Counted from the stretch's first letter, positions 39,466 through 52,348 are shown. The stretch: 64,000 bases of DNA from Marsupella aquatica (GCA_973895155.1 OZ316893.1:17552770-17616769), one strand, 5' to 3'. Program-made: numbers and translations. The notes: generated by a model not told the origin, from the letters alone.

Positions 39466-39989
39466 CGTGGTCTTGGATTTAAGAAAAATCAGAGGAGAGA
39501 AGCGGCAGGAGTGGAGGATGATTGCAACTCTGAAAGCTAGATGCAATCACTTATTTGTTGTTAATTCCTCCGGTTTTTCACAAAGAATGGCATCGCATTG
39601 TTCAGTTTGGTGATCACTTTAAGCTAGCACCGAGCGCTGCTTAAGCTCTTTCAATGTTTCGGGATGGAGTTGCCCTCGGCTTAGTTGTTAGGGTTTTTCC
39701 CGGATGTTGTCTTCAGGAATTCCATAGTTGTTCCTGCAGTTGTTGGCTAGCGCCGAGCGCTGCTTTTGTTTTATTGGCAATCCTCAGCCGGGGTCAACCG
39801 TGGCTTCTGTATATCAGATTTCTAGGCCTACAGGTTTTAACTTATATGTGCGTTTTTTGGACCTGCGCTGAATGCGTTATGTACTTTCCATTATATATGG
39901 CAGTTTTATTTTTCCCCTACGCATTTTGACATATATTGGTCTCGGATTTTGTTTATCTCAATTGTGAGACGATTTTATTTGTTGTAAAA

Positions 39990-42060
39990 TATTCCGTCTA
40001 GTCCAATTTCCTTTCACGCAAATTTGATCGTCTTCATTTCTATACCAGTAGTTTGAAACGCGTATTTTGTCCACTTTTTTCATGATCACTGTTCACTGTT
40101 ACCCAAACACTGTTCATTGGTAACAGTTTCTTTTAGCTGATAATAGTAACTGTTTGTTGTTACTGTTATCTGTTTGCTATCGTTTGTAAATTCCCCATTC
40201 ACACTATATCCATGGGAAGTATTATAATTACTCATAATACATCCTCGCAAAAGAATTTTTTTTGTGAGTGTGAGAGACCAAAATAATACTTGCGTTGTTT
40301 CCAACATTCTTCTAGACCTAAAGACCTCAAACAAAACTTGTCACAACAGGAATACTTAAAAATATCTTTAATTTTTTGTTTTTTCAAGTTCGCATTGATA
40401 AGTCTATCTTTTTGAATCATCTGGTCTCTAATTTTTTTGCTTGGTCTTCTCACCTCTACTCTATCCTGTATTGTGTAAGGAGAATTCACACCTCCACTAG
40501 TTTCCATGGGACTCATTGAAGTTAAAACAAAAGTATCTTGATCTTCTCCGGTATTACTTTCACTCTCTACATTTTCTAAGACTGGTTCGTGAGCACTCTC
40601 TAATCCAAGGATCTTTTTAACAATATTTGAAATTACCACAGTCTCTACAGCATCCTCTACGGCATCGGCATCCTACAGCATCCTCTTCAGATTCTTCTGG
40701 AAAAGCAATTGGTACCCGAAGATTTCTTGTTTGAAATATTCTACCTATATTCCTTGGTTCTATCGTAGTATCCCCCACTTGTCGTAATCCTTGCCTTGGT
40801 GTCTCATCTTGACTTGAGGGATCATCTTGACCATTGAATAGTCTCTAAACAACCTTCAATTTCCCTTCTAGCCTTGAATTTTTGGGACAAGTTTGCGGCA
40901 ACGCACTTCGCAACAATCTGTGAGGAATTTGATGGACACCTGTAGCATTTGCTATACTTGATCTCCTTCCTCCCTTCTGAACTGGTCGTCCTACCAAAGA
41001 TCCAACAACCTCACACTGCATTTGCACCAAAGGGCTTTGAAGGCCAAAGTTGACGTTTGATTGACCACTAGGCAAAATCACTGATGGGAATACGGAATGG
41101 GATCCCGACTCATATTTGTCCACTAGGACTTTGAAGTGAGAGCTGCCTCACTTGCGGTTCTACGGCGGCGCTTGACAATTTTTTGTTGTGTAAAACAAAG
41201 TGGGATCCACGGATCCCCTTTCTCATTCCTCCGCCCGAAGCGGCTAACAAAGTTTGTCCATTTTGCAACTCGGGCTCGACATTTGGTAAAATTCCAGGAG
41301 GGGATACCAAGTGGGATCCACAGATCCCGTTCCACATTCCTCTCCCCGAATCAGCAAGCAAAGGTTGTCCGCTTTGCATTTCGGGCTCGCCGTTTGGTAA
41401 AATTCCAGGGGGGATACCAAGTGGGATCCACAGATCCCCTTTTGCATTCCTCCCCCCGAATGAGCAGGCAAAGGTTGCCCACTTTGCAATTCTGGCTTGC
41501 CATTTGGTACAATTCCAGGAGCGAATACCAAATGGGATCCACGGATCCCACTTGGTATTCCACTAATGGAATTTGGTAGCGAAGGAGACAAAATTGGCAA
41601 TCCATGCTCTCCATTCTGCAAACTTTGAGTAGGGATCCCTCTGGGTATTCTCCGTGCGGCCGACATTTCTAGCACCGTCGGACTTCTGATTCGCTCAAAC
41701 TGCGATTGCACACTGGACAAAGCTATCTGGACTCCAGGAGAACACCACATTGGAAAAACCAGAGGAGATCTCTTGGCGGGCCTACATGGTAACATTGTTT
41801 TTGGCATTAGAAACCGAGGCCTACGGTTGGGTGCATTTGGTGGGGTTCGCGGTGAACTAGTCCGACCTAAGGGTATGACAGTGGACTTTCTCCCAAGCAA
41901 ACACCATTTAAGCGGTTTGCTTGGAGAAACATATTAAGATGTTGGAGCTCTAACAACACTTCTCCCAGACTCGGGATCAAACCCTGAACTCTTTGAATCT
42001 GATGAAAATGACATCTCTGGCAAAACTCTGTGTGAGATTGGAAGCTCCTTCATCAAATGA
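39990..42060 (-). pseudogene. 5' part of a second DUF7869/Sola1-like transposase gene, 3'-truncated, with 37-aa repeats
   Basis: IFKYSCCDKFCLR..RKYYFGLSH and QICVKGNWT match VFQVECCTKNCCR..RDEFYGLSH and RLCKEGFWT of the gene at 43779-51250; no catalytic region present. Confidence 0.55.
41088..41561. repeat. 111-bp tandem repeat, each unit carrying the palindrome GGGATCC-NN-GGATCCC
   Basis: TGGGATCCAC at 41201, 41312, 41422, 41533 (periods 111, 110, 111). Confidence 0.88.
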
Positions 42061-42408
42061 GATGGAATGAATTTGCGAACAACATTTGGCAAAGATGCAT
42101 CAGAACTATAAATAGACTCATTGCCTGAAGACTATATAGTCTATTTTCCCTTGTCTATATAGTCTATTTTCCCTTGTCGAACACCCGCGTCTATATAGTA
42201 TCAAGGTCCTATAGGACTAAGGATTCCTATAGAGAAGAGAACGTTCCAATGACTACAATCTAGAAAAAATAGACTCACTATTTAGGAACCTAAAATAAGT
42301 CATAAAAAATGAAGATAGAATCACATGCGAGTTTGTTCTTATATAGTTTGGGGGAATATGTCCACGTGGCGTTTGCTCATTGGTCCGTACACATTTCTAA
42401 ACAAGAAC

Positions 42409-42938
42409 GGGGGTAGTGAGGATCATCAGTTATCAATCACTGATAATTGATATCAGCGGCTGATATTAGTTATCAATTTTCCACTGAATTTTTTTGAATC
42501 GCAACTGAGCAATTGAGATGACGATTTTGCACTTCCACGCATCTCAGCTAGGCAACTGAGATTGACTCAATCTCAGCTGACCTCGCCGAGATCGGCGTGC
42601 GGACAAAAAAATGAGAAAAATTTATTTTCTTGAAAAATTCAAAACGAGAAAATAATTTGATTTTTTTTTTTACAAAATTCTATGTCCGTACCGTACGGAC
42701 ACTTGGCCATCTCGGTTGACCCCGCCGAGAAGTGATGTCCATACGATATGGACACCCATAGTGAAAAAAATTCAAAAAAGGTTTTTTTTCTTCATCAAAT
42801 TTTGAGAAAAAATTGGAAAAAAAAAATCGCATTTTTTTTGGCGTGCGATCTTGCATGGCGGCCTTTCTAAGATGATGTGGCGACTGATGTCAGGTCAACT
42901 GATGGAAACGACTGATAACTGATGATGTAACTTTACTC
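42409..42938. mobile_element. 530-bp MITE-like insertion (Mutator- or hAT-type)
   Basis: 8-bp direct repeat ACAAGAAC at 42401-42408 and 42939-42946; subterminal inverted ATCATCAGTTATCA / TGATAACTGATGAT; A/T tracts inside. Confidence 0.7.
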
Positions 42939-43010
42939 ACAAGAACCAAATTGATCTTTGAGAGAAAAGAGTATTCCAAAATTGTTTGTTTCTTAAGTTG
43001 AATCAGATTT

Positions 43011-43199
43011 TGGGATCCATGGATCCCGATTGGTATTCAAACGTTGATTTTTTGACGCGGGTGTTCGACAAGGGAAAATTTGGAAGGTTGAATACCAAAT
43101 GGGATCCGTGGATCCCATTTCGTATTCACCCCAACTTTTGGCTGAGTTGTTTTGGGACTTGGGAAATCAAATGGGATCCATGGATCCCTGTTGGTATTC
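43011..43199. repeat. Three long GGATCC palindromes (GAATACCAAATGGGATCC-NN-GGATCCCATTT.GTATTC type)
   Basis: At 43012, 43090-43127 and 43171; same motif as 41523-41560. Confidence 0.85.
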
Positions 43200-46100
43200 A
43201 TACCTCTAATTTGTTAGATGGAGGTCAGTGGTTGGGAAATAAACGGTCTACAATATGTCTAACCATCTGCTTGGGTTAACTTAACTGATTGCGTTGGTCG
43301 CTAGTAAATTTTCTGCAGTACATAGTTTTACCTTTGGTAAATATTCAAATCTAGTTTAATCGGTAGGTAACTTAAGGCGCCAAATGATCAACTTAGCGTG
43401 TTTTTGTTTAATTTTGATGGGATGAATCTGAAACGAGATACGACATATCCCATTTTGGTTTGAATGATTTGTTTATCGAATGGAGATTTGTGGTATTGAC
43501 AGTTTTCCCGGAAAATTGATTTAGCGTGCAGAGATAGGACTTGAAAATCATTGTTTTATGGGTTTTGTGTTTGAATTTTTTTCAGGATAAATTGTTCTAA
43601 AATCAAAGATTTCAAAGATTTGTCATTTTTTGTCAAAAAGTATCTCGATTTGGAATCCGATGTTGGATCCAATTTTACATTCATCCAAGAATTTGTGTTT
43701 TTGATATCAATTTAAGATATTTTTTGCCAAAATCAAAACACACTTCTTGTTTGGTCGTCACACTTCTTGTTTGGTTGGTCATCGTGTTCTTTGCCTTTGA
43801 ATTCCAACCATTGATTGTAGACGTTGCGAGGAGCTAGTCGTGTCGGATTGTAGGACTTTGGTAATTTGGATCAACTTCCCACAACTGTTTAGAATTGAAA
43901 CAATCCCGATATCGTTCAGAGTTTGGGACAGACAATTTTTGATGGACAGGTCTCCACCATTCCACCTCAAACTCTCCAGCATGAGCATCATCCGGAACCC
44001 GCACAACGCGATCCATGGCTCTTCCTAGCCAGAATTGAAGGGGAACTGTTTGTTTGAATTCATCTGTTAGATGAAAAATAACAAAGGTATCCTATTTAAT
44101 ATTCTCAATTGGGGAGAATCTTGATCTTTCTCGCTCCAAGCGGTGGCCGACAAATATTGTTTGTCTCTCATATTGATCTTCCTGAAGTTCACGTTCAAGG
44201 TTGCCCACGACATCATTGATAAAGCCAATGTTATTCTCAGAAATCCCAACCTCAGCTCAATATCCTGTTCCATGGTTAGTTCTTGGCCAAAACCCAATGA
44301 GTAGCTGATAGTCCATCTCCAGATTAGGCGCAGAGCATAGGGAACCTTCGAAGACCGTGACGACGTTTTCTCAATACTCAATTTCTAGGGATCAAAAATG
44401 ATATCCCTCTGATGTGACATCTTTCCAGGCGGCTTTTAGCTATGAAACGTAATGAATGAGATATTCAAGAATGTCACTTGCTCGCTTATGAGTCAACTCC
44501 ATTTGTTTTGAAAGAGGATTTCCGGAGGGAAACACAGAGTCCTTTCCAGTAGTTTTCCAAATGGTGTGACCTTTTGCAGGTAGCCACGACGAATCAATTT
44601 TCTCCCGATATTGATAAACAGGTGTATTTTCTTTCATTGAAAACAAGAATTGCACAGGGGCCGACTGACCTTGGATCTTCTTCACATAAGAAGAAACATA
44701 AGCTTAATATTTGGCAACCTCCCGGATGAATCTTGGGACTGGATGCTTCTTCTCACACTCCCAAACTTCAGCCATCAAACTAAAGAAAGTTGTTAACTCA
44801 TAATTATAAATCTGAATTCCTACTCGTGAAAAGAGAGCGTCCACGTCCTCATGAGTATGACCAACCATCAGGAAGGAGAGTGTAACAAACTCAAACACTC
44901 CTCGAAGAACAAGCTCACTACAATATGCGATCACGGTCTGATTCTTATTGTCCTTCCCTAAATTTTCAAGTTGGAGGTGCAAATGTTGTGGAAGTGGTCA
45001 AAAAGAATTTGGAGGATGAGGGTTCCACGCGAGGCTCGCGCGGAGCCTCGTTCTCAAGTCCTTTAAAATGGTCAAAATCCACATGCTTTCTTTCCAGATA
45101 GCCAATCTCAAAAGCCCGACGATCTAAAAGTGCAACAAAAATAGGATCAGACACGTCTGTGCTCTTCTTCAATAAGTCTCCAGTCTTATCCCTAGAGAAT
45201 GACTCAAGATCCGTGAACAACTTCAAAAGAGATGACATTGTGAAATCAAAATCACTCGCCCACAATCCACCAAGTGCAAAATGGGCATAGATTCTGGGAT
45301 CCCATCCATGCGTGAGCATTCCAGTCAACGTCATCGGTAATGGAATTGATTTACCCCCTTGACTTTTAAGAGTGGAAGTCATTTTTGGTATTCCTGTTTT
45401 GGCTTGATCCATTTTGTCATGAATCACCGACAGATACTTCTTTGGCTCTTGATCTGCTGCCAGTTTGGTGGCATAATACATGCTTCTCCAGGACTGTTGT
45501 TCCAGCATGCGACGTTCTCTTTTGGCCTTGATTTTAAGAACAACATCTTGTCTCTTCTTGCCTCAAAGAGTCTCTTTGATTGTAGTACAGAGATTGCATT
45601 TTGCAAAATTGCTTCGATCCGGAAACTGAAAATTGGGAAACTTTTTCTCCAGTGTCTTGTAGAACATAGCGATGACAGGAGAAGAAGCTCCAAGATTCTT
45701 GTTAAGCTTGCAAGCCTCTTCATAAACGTCTTTCCTCTTGTAGCTTATGGGAACCCTATACACAACCTTCTGCTTTTCAGACTCTCCAATTTTATGGAGA
45801 TGAGGCATAGGCTCTGCACATTTTTGGAATACACTTTGAATAGACTCCACAAATAGTGTGATGTAGTCTTTTGTTTTCATTGATCCTTGGTTGCCATGAA
45901 CGTCAACCTTTGCCCCATTCCTATAGTGACTATAGATTGAATAGAAGGTTCCTCTCGAGAAACCATGGATGGTCCAAAACCCTTCTTTACAAAGACGTGT
46001 CCCACAAAAAATAATAATCCCGGCCTCAATAGTTTCCATATCCCTCCCGTGTAGATGGTTCAAAACGTACGTCTGTTGATCGGCGTGAGAGAGACCATAA

Positions 46101-46240
46101 AATTCATCTCTAATCTGATTGACCACTTCCCACTATCGCCTTCTACAACAATTCTTTGTGCAACACTCAACCTGGAAGACAACATCAATGGATTTTCGAG
46201 TCTTCTTTCTGTTATGCCTTCTATGAATCTTCTTCCTTTC

Positions 46241-49200
46241 TATGACGCTGTCGGTACGGTGGGTAATGAGTGATTCGGCCTAATAATGCTTAGCACGCGC
46301 GTTAGGGGTATCTTAGGCCATAATTATTAGCGTAATGACAGTATTTAGGTAGCCATTATGAGTAGGAAATCATTAGTCAATAAGGGGTATTCATGTTTGG
46401 GCTGGCGGTGGGTTGCCATTTGCACGCCCGGGTTGCGAGCGTGTAATGGGCCCCCTTCCCCCCTCCCTCGGGTCCATATAATGAACTCCGGGAGGCGGCC
46501 ACTAACACGCGCTGACCCAGACCGGCGGAGTGGCCGGTACACTACAAGCGTGAAAGGCTCGGCCTATAAGCGACGAGGAGGCGTTGGGCAACCGACAAGC
46601 TCTCACGGTATAAAACGGGGGCCGATCCTTTGCAGTGCACCAGTTCTTCAGTTCACGCGCCAGCTTTGACCCCAATTCTCTCGCTCAGCCTTAGTCGCCG
46701 TCTATCTCCTGTGAATGTCGCACACAAAACTTTCCAATTTGGCCATACGATTCTGGACGCAGTTCTCGTCTATCGAAGGGCACTTGGCCAACTCATTAAA
46801 ACACGCAACCCGCACCAATACAAAATCGAGCGCGAGTACGAGAGGGCCATCCGCCTAGCAGGCCACCACCACTATCTCCTTAACTTTGATTACCCATCCC
46901 AGAGCGAGCTTTACCAACCCAAAGAAATATCAGGATACTTCTTTGACAGAGGAAAATACATCATTTTTTGGGAGGCACTGCTTCGGCTTCCGGACACGGT
47001 CTTCACTATCCCGAGCACGATCGACTTACAGTGGCTCCACTTCAACCACATCCCCGCTCGGGTCCAGGACATCATCAACAACGAGTCCAGCACTACCCGG
47101 TCGACAAGGGCGTCTACACTTACTTTGGAAAATCTCTACCGGCACCTGCAAAACTTCATGGGAACTAGACCATCAACCACCGGTGCCGGCCCAGTCGAGC
47201 CCATGCCCGTACCTGCACCAACATCGACTCAGGCTCAGGCTCAGCCTAGCCGATCCCCACCGCCGGTCGCCCTGACAGTACAAGTATGCTCCGTCGTCAA
47301 CACTGTGGACCTCAGCGACGACGACGAGGATACCCCACCCCTTCTCAGGCGGCCCAGAGGAGCGAGCACCCAGGGAGTCGGCACTACATCGCCCCCTCCC
47401 CAAGCCCAAACCCGAGTAGTAGCTCTGGTGGACAACACGGTGACCGTAGTCGCCCCGGCCCCAATACTAACGGTGATGGCTCTACCCATACCCAACCGGG
47501 AGGATGGCGAGATGTCAACCTCTCCGAGCCATCCCGGGAGCCAGTCTCGGGGAAAGAAGAGGAAGGAACCCGTAGTTATATCCGGGTTAACCATGGCCAC
47601 GGTAGCCGCAACCAAGGTGACAATGCACCGCATGGGGGAGAACGTGCATAAGAACATCCTCCACCCCAAACATGCGGTGTACTTGAGGACTCAGGGGTTC
47701 GAGCACCTCGCCTTGTTCCCATGGAACACCTACAGATACTACGGGGAGGACATGATGGAGTTCGTCAAGAATTATGACGACGTCTGTCAGTAGACTCGGC
47801 TACGAGGGAGGAATATGTCCCTCACAGAGGAGCGGCTCAGGATGATCTTTGGGCTACCCGAGGGAGATCAACGAGTCAAATCACGGGCTCCCGGGGGCAA
47901 AGGAGCCAAGTACCAATCCTCAAGTTTTCCCTTCGAGAGGTCAGTGGACAACGGGTTTGTGATGAGGACTTGCCTCATCCCCGAGATAGCCGAGTGGCTG
48001 GAGTTCTAGAGGTACGCCCTCCACATGATGGAACCCTGGGCAAGATCCCCGTTGCCCAGGTTATTCAGGTCGAGAACTATCGACCTAGGAAGTGGGCATC
48101 GTACTTTGCTAAGAAGTTCCATGAAGAGATGGAACGGCAAAGGAAGGCGCTCTACATTGGCGGGAAGGCATATTTTGCAAGCCACATCGAGATCATTCTC
48201 GAGTGGTACGCCCGGTTCGATCGACGAACCCTTCCCCGGACCAACGTAACTAAGTTGGTTCCAACTAAGTGGATCTTCCCGGCCTTGGAGAGACGGTCTC
48301 AACCCGAGGCCCAAAGTCTGGCGGCGACGCAGGCCTCACCCATCCCACCTCCACAAGTAGTGGTAGCTGTGGCCGAAGAGGTACCGGAAGAGGCAGTGAT
48401 CGCAACCTTAGACGCGATCAACCAGGTCGGGCCGAGTGCAGAAGTCGGGGCGATGGAGGCCTTGCCCGAGCCCGAGGGTCCAAAAGACCCACCAGTGGCT
48501 ATTCCATAGGACAGCCCGATGGTGGAGGAGGACACTCCAGCCCCTTCTAACACTACATCCCCAGGGCTGGATGTCACTACCCCGGCTCCCACGCGAGTTA
48601 ACGTCTACCCGTGCCCAACTCCGGACGGGCACAACCTGGACCACCCAGAACTCTTTGTATCGGGTACAATTCTAAACGGGCTGTTAGGAGATTTCTCCCA
48701 ACAAATTGCCCGAGATACCGGGGAGTTCATGGCCCGGAAGGTAGCCTAATTCTTCAACCAGGAGTTGGTTACCGCTGTAAAGGCCGGCCGGGCCCAGTTG
48801 GAGGCCCTTTAGAGGATAGAGCGGTACCGGGTTGAGTCCGTGTACCTAAAGGACAAAGTTGCAGCTCAAGAGGCTGAGCTTCTACAACTACAACCCAAGG
48901 TTGCAACCGCCGATGAGTTGTTAGCAGAGCCGCGCGCCCTTACCGTCTTAGCCGAACAGGCCAAAGCTGGGAAGGAGGCCGAGATTGCACGGCTCCAGAG
49001 CCAGGTTGACAGTTTGAAGAACTAAACTATCACCTGGCTGAAAGACCTGGAGGAGGCCGAAGAGCGAGCCCAGCGTGACACTACGGAGATTGCCGCCCTG
49101 CAGGCCGAAGTGGCACGGCTTCAAACCGAAGCCGAGAAACAGACCCAGATGGTGGACAAGCTGACAAGCAACTGGAAGAGGCATGCTAGGAGGCAGTTGA

Positions 49201-50222
49201 GGAGACGAACGCGGCAAAGCAAGAGAATGAATCTCTACTAGACCAAGTCCAGCTCCTCAAGATGGACAACGACAGACTCCGTAGGCAGCGGGATGGCCGC
49301 TCCCACTCGGACGGCTCTGGCAAGCACACCAGGCATTAGCGGAGAGTTAGGCTTAGAATAGAACTAGGAGTAGCTAAAACAGGCTGTTAGGACAAGTGCC
49401 GGCCAGAAGATAGCGGCGCTGACACATTAGCCAGCCTGTGTAGAATAGGTTAAACTAATAGGACAAGCCGTAACCAGGTTAGCGAGGATATAAGTTAGCG
49501 TAGATTTGGGCACGAGGCCAGGCTGGTCCTCAGCCCTTAGTATTTAGTAGCCCCCCGATAGAGGCACGGGGGGGGGGGATTTTTAGACTCAGAAGTTGAC
49601 CATTCGCGGTACACACGGGGAGTCCCAAACTTGGTGAAGTGTCGGAGTGCCAAGGGGAGGGTATACGACTAAGCTCGCCGGGTGAGTGCGGAGCCGGGCT
49701 CCGTTGTAGTGTATACTCCTTGGCCTTGGACCCGTTCATTCACGAGGTGTCGGGTCACCCAATCGTAAGTGTATGATCAAAGATGAATAAAATCCTTTCC
49801 CATCAATTCCTTCGTGTAAATCAAGATTTCTGCTTATGTATGAATGCATGTATAAGTCTCGTGTGCAAGTATCAGTGTCGGGCCGAACACGTCATGCCAA
49901 ACGTGCACGGGGTGCAGGTTACGGGTACGGGGTTGCGAGCCCTGGTTGAGCACTTGTACTAATGGATCTAGATCGAAGGCAGTAACACAAAGGCTTAGAA
50001 GTCCGTAAGCCGGGATTGACCTCGTGTCGACTAAGGTACGTTCCGGCGGCGGAACACAAAGCATACCTAAGCGTGCTTGTAAGTAAATGTATGCGCACTT
50101 AGCGCTAGTTTGGGAGAATTATACGCACACCGCACGTCCCCCCTACCCAAACCCAAATACTAACAAGGGAAGTGTCCGTCTTAGACGTAAATAGGCCTAA
50201 GGATTAGGCCAACGGCGTGACA
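46241..50222 (+). mobile_element. Family B TG...CA single-ORF element, copy 2 (3982 bp; first TG mutated to TA)
   Basis: TATGACGC...GGCGTGACA; 5-bp TSD CTTTC at 46236-46240 and 50223-50227. Confidence 0.92.
46715..49339 (+). pseudogene. Family B protein, full span but with many stops and frameshifts
   Basis: ATG at 46715 downstream of TATA-like TATAAAA near 46609; ORF pieces 46630-47793, 47815-48009, 47970-48509, 48519-48749, 48840-49025. Confidence 0.85.
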
Positions 50223-51928
50223 CTTTCCTTGTCCTCAGGATCCTGCGGGTTGCGACGTTGATTATTATAGCCTCGCTTTGGTTTAATGTATGATACAATT
50301 GCTCGCTTGGGATTGAGGAATTTGTTTTAATCCAATAGATTGCTTAACAATTGCATTCCAAGCTCGATCCAAGTTCTTTGCAAAGGCCATTTGATTGTGC
50401 AAGGCATTCCCTCAACAAAATAAGGGAACCTCATCTTTGAGATGTTATTGTTCGTAGCCAGTGTGAGAATATTGATCCCGACATGATCATCTCCAACTCT
50501 CTCATTGTTAATCGATGCTTGAGTGTGAGGATTGGTGATACACCCTCAAGCCAATAGTCTCTCATCATTGTCTCTGTAAATCAAAGCAAACTTCTTGAAC
50601 CACCTACTTCAATCGCTCAGGTCCTTGCTAATGAGTACACTGTCCTGACTGTGGACAGTGTCTCTCGTGGCATCTTGCTCCCCAAAACCTGCTTCCCGCT
50701 CCAGAGGACAATCCTCTTGGTTGTCACTTGGATAAACCAGGCCCTCTTGGTTTTCATTTGGATAAACTGGAAATTTGCTTTCCGCAAGCCTCACGCTGGA
50801 CCGATCCCACATAATTACTGAATTTAAGCTTTCACCCACCAGGTCCGCCCCTGCGTTTGGATAAGGTAGCTTGACAAGATGGAAGAATGCATCCTCAATA
50901 GAAACACTGATTCTATGGTCCCCAATCAGAATGTTGTGGCAAGAGTCCAAGGGAGTAATGCTGAAAATCGTCCCACCCGCAACCGGTTCATCGTTCAAGA
51001 AGAGATGAACTCGATCCCCAAGGGAAAACATATTATAGACCGATTCAAGGTTGACAGTAACTTTGACACAACTGTCGTGTGGACACAAGATGGGAATTAT
51101 TCACCGGCAAGAAAAGAGCAACGACGACAGGTTTTGACCTGGTTTGCCAGAATAGAACATGCACGTCGGTATCCCTCAACACGAGGCTCGTGTAGAATGA
51201 TTAAGGAATACAGTTCATCAGTAGGAAACACAACATGGTTCGATGGCTAGGCGAGCCTCGTGTAGAGCATCAGGTTAAATCTAAACATCTCCCAAAAGTC
51301 ATGGAATTATCACAATCATATGCATTTATGACAAAAAGTCCCACAAGAAGTAAGGAGAGGACCCACTATTGTTCAATGCTTCATTCTAAGAGAGAAGGAA
51401 AGTCCAATTCTTCATTTCCAATAGGGTACAAATCACCAATCCATGTAATATCATATTAAGGAACCACCCAGCTGATAAGTTTTGTTACAATTGAAGTCCA
51501 ATTCCTCAATAGCAAGACATAACCCATGACAAGACCCCCAATTGTCCTCAATTAAGAAGAAATGAAGTCTAATTCTAAAATTAGGGCACTTTTGGAAGAA
51601 ATGAGATCTAATTCCTCTTTGAAATCAAATATCCTATTAGAGTACCCCTATTTAGTAGAACTTCTGAAAGAAATGAGGTACAGATAATTGTCCTAAACAA
51701 ATATTCTCCAAGAGTACCTCGTGTTGTGAATGTGACAGAGACAATGACACGAATGAAATCCTAAAAGGGACGTACCAAGAACCCATGCTAGAAATTGTCC
51801 TCTAAACCATCCACGTCTTGCTAGAGAATGACGAGAGAATAACTAAGGACAACTACCCAATAAATACCAGTCCCAGATAGAAATCCTAAATATACTGCAA
51901 AAAAATGATAGGGTGGCCGCTTTGCCAG

Positions 51929-52128
51929 ATTGTCGTGTGGTATGATTTTCCAATATTTTTGGCGGCGCTATTAATGATGTCTCACAACTGGCAGATCATG
52001 ATGAGAGAATAAGGACATCTCCCCAAAATCCCAAAAATTCTGCTCAAACGTGATAGGCTGATAGCTCTGCACGATTGTCGTCTGGTATGATTTGTCGATA
52101 TTTCTGGCGGCGCTATTAATGATGTCTT
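51929..52128. repeat. ~55-bp imperfect direct repeat (ATTGTCGT.TGGTATGATTT...TGGCGGCGCTATTAATGATGTCT), two copies
   Basis: Copies start near 51929 and 52074. Confidence 0.75.
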
Positions 52129-52348
52129 CATGATCGGCCCCACTGCCCCAGCCTTTGTTGTGCAAATTCTTCATGTTTGCCCATTCCTCGTGTCAGGTAT
52201 ATATTTTAGGCAGATTTTCTCATTCATTCATTCCCTCATCTTTGCCCTCTCGCTCATTCTCCCGCCCTTTTGCTCATGCTTCTCTCCGCTGAGTTCTGCC
52301 CAATTCGTTCTCTATCTTGCAAATTAGTTCACACGTGCAAAGAGATTT

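Larger units (their letters stand above)
35372..39539 (+). pseudogene. Small third gene of the MULE-like element, split by Family B copy 1 (coding 35372-35764 plus 39471-39539)
   Basis: MERNGELM... follows GCCACTAGAT; copy 2 shows CCCACTAGATGGAGAAGAAGGAGATCATG (MEKKEIM) at the window end; the frame continues across the TSD. Confidence 0.4.
43779..51250 (-). pseudogene. DUF7869/Sola1-like transposase gene, interrupted by Family B copy 2; N-terminus has two TNP1/En-Spm-like beta domains
   Basis: FAKCNLC, IHDKMDQAKT, LQLENLGKDNKNQTV, FLMVGHTHEDVDALFS; N-terminal VAGGTI..CHNILIGD..LPYP..IMW repeated at about 50370-50600; multiple frameshifts. TIRs were not located. Confidence 0.75.
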
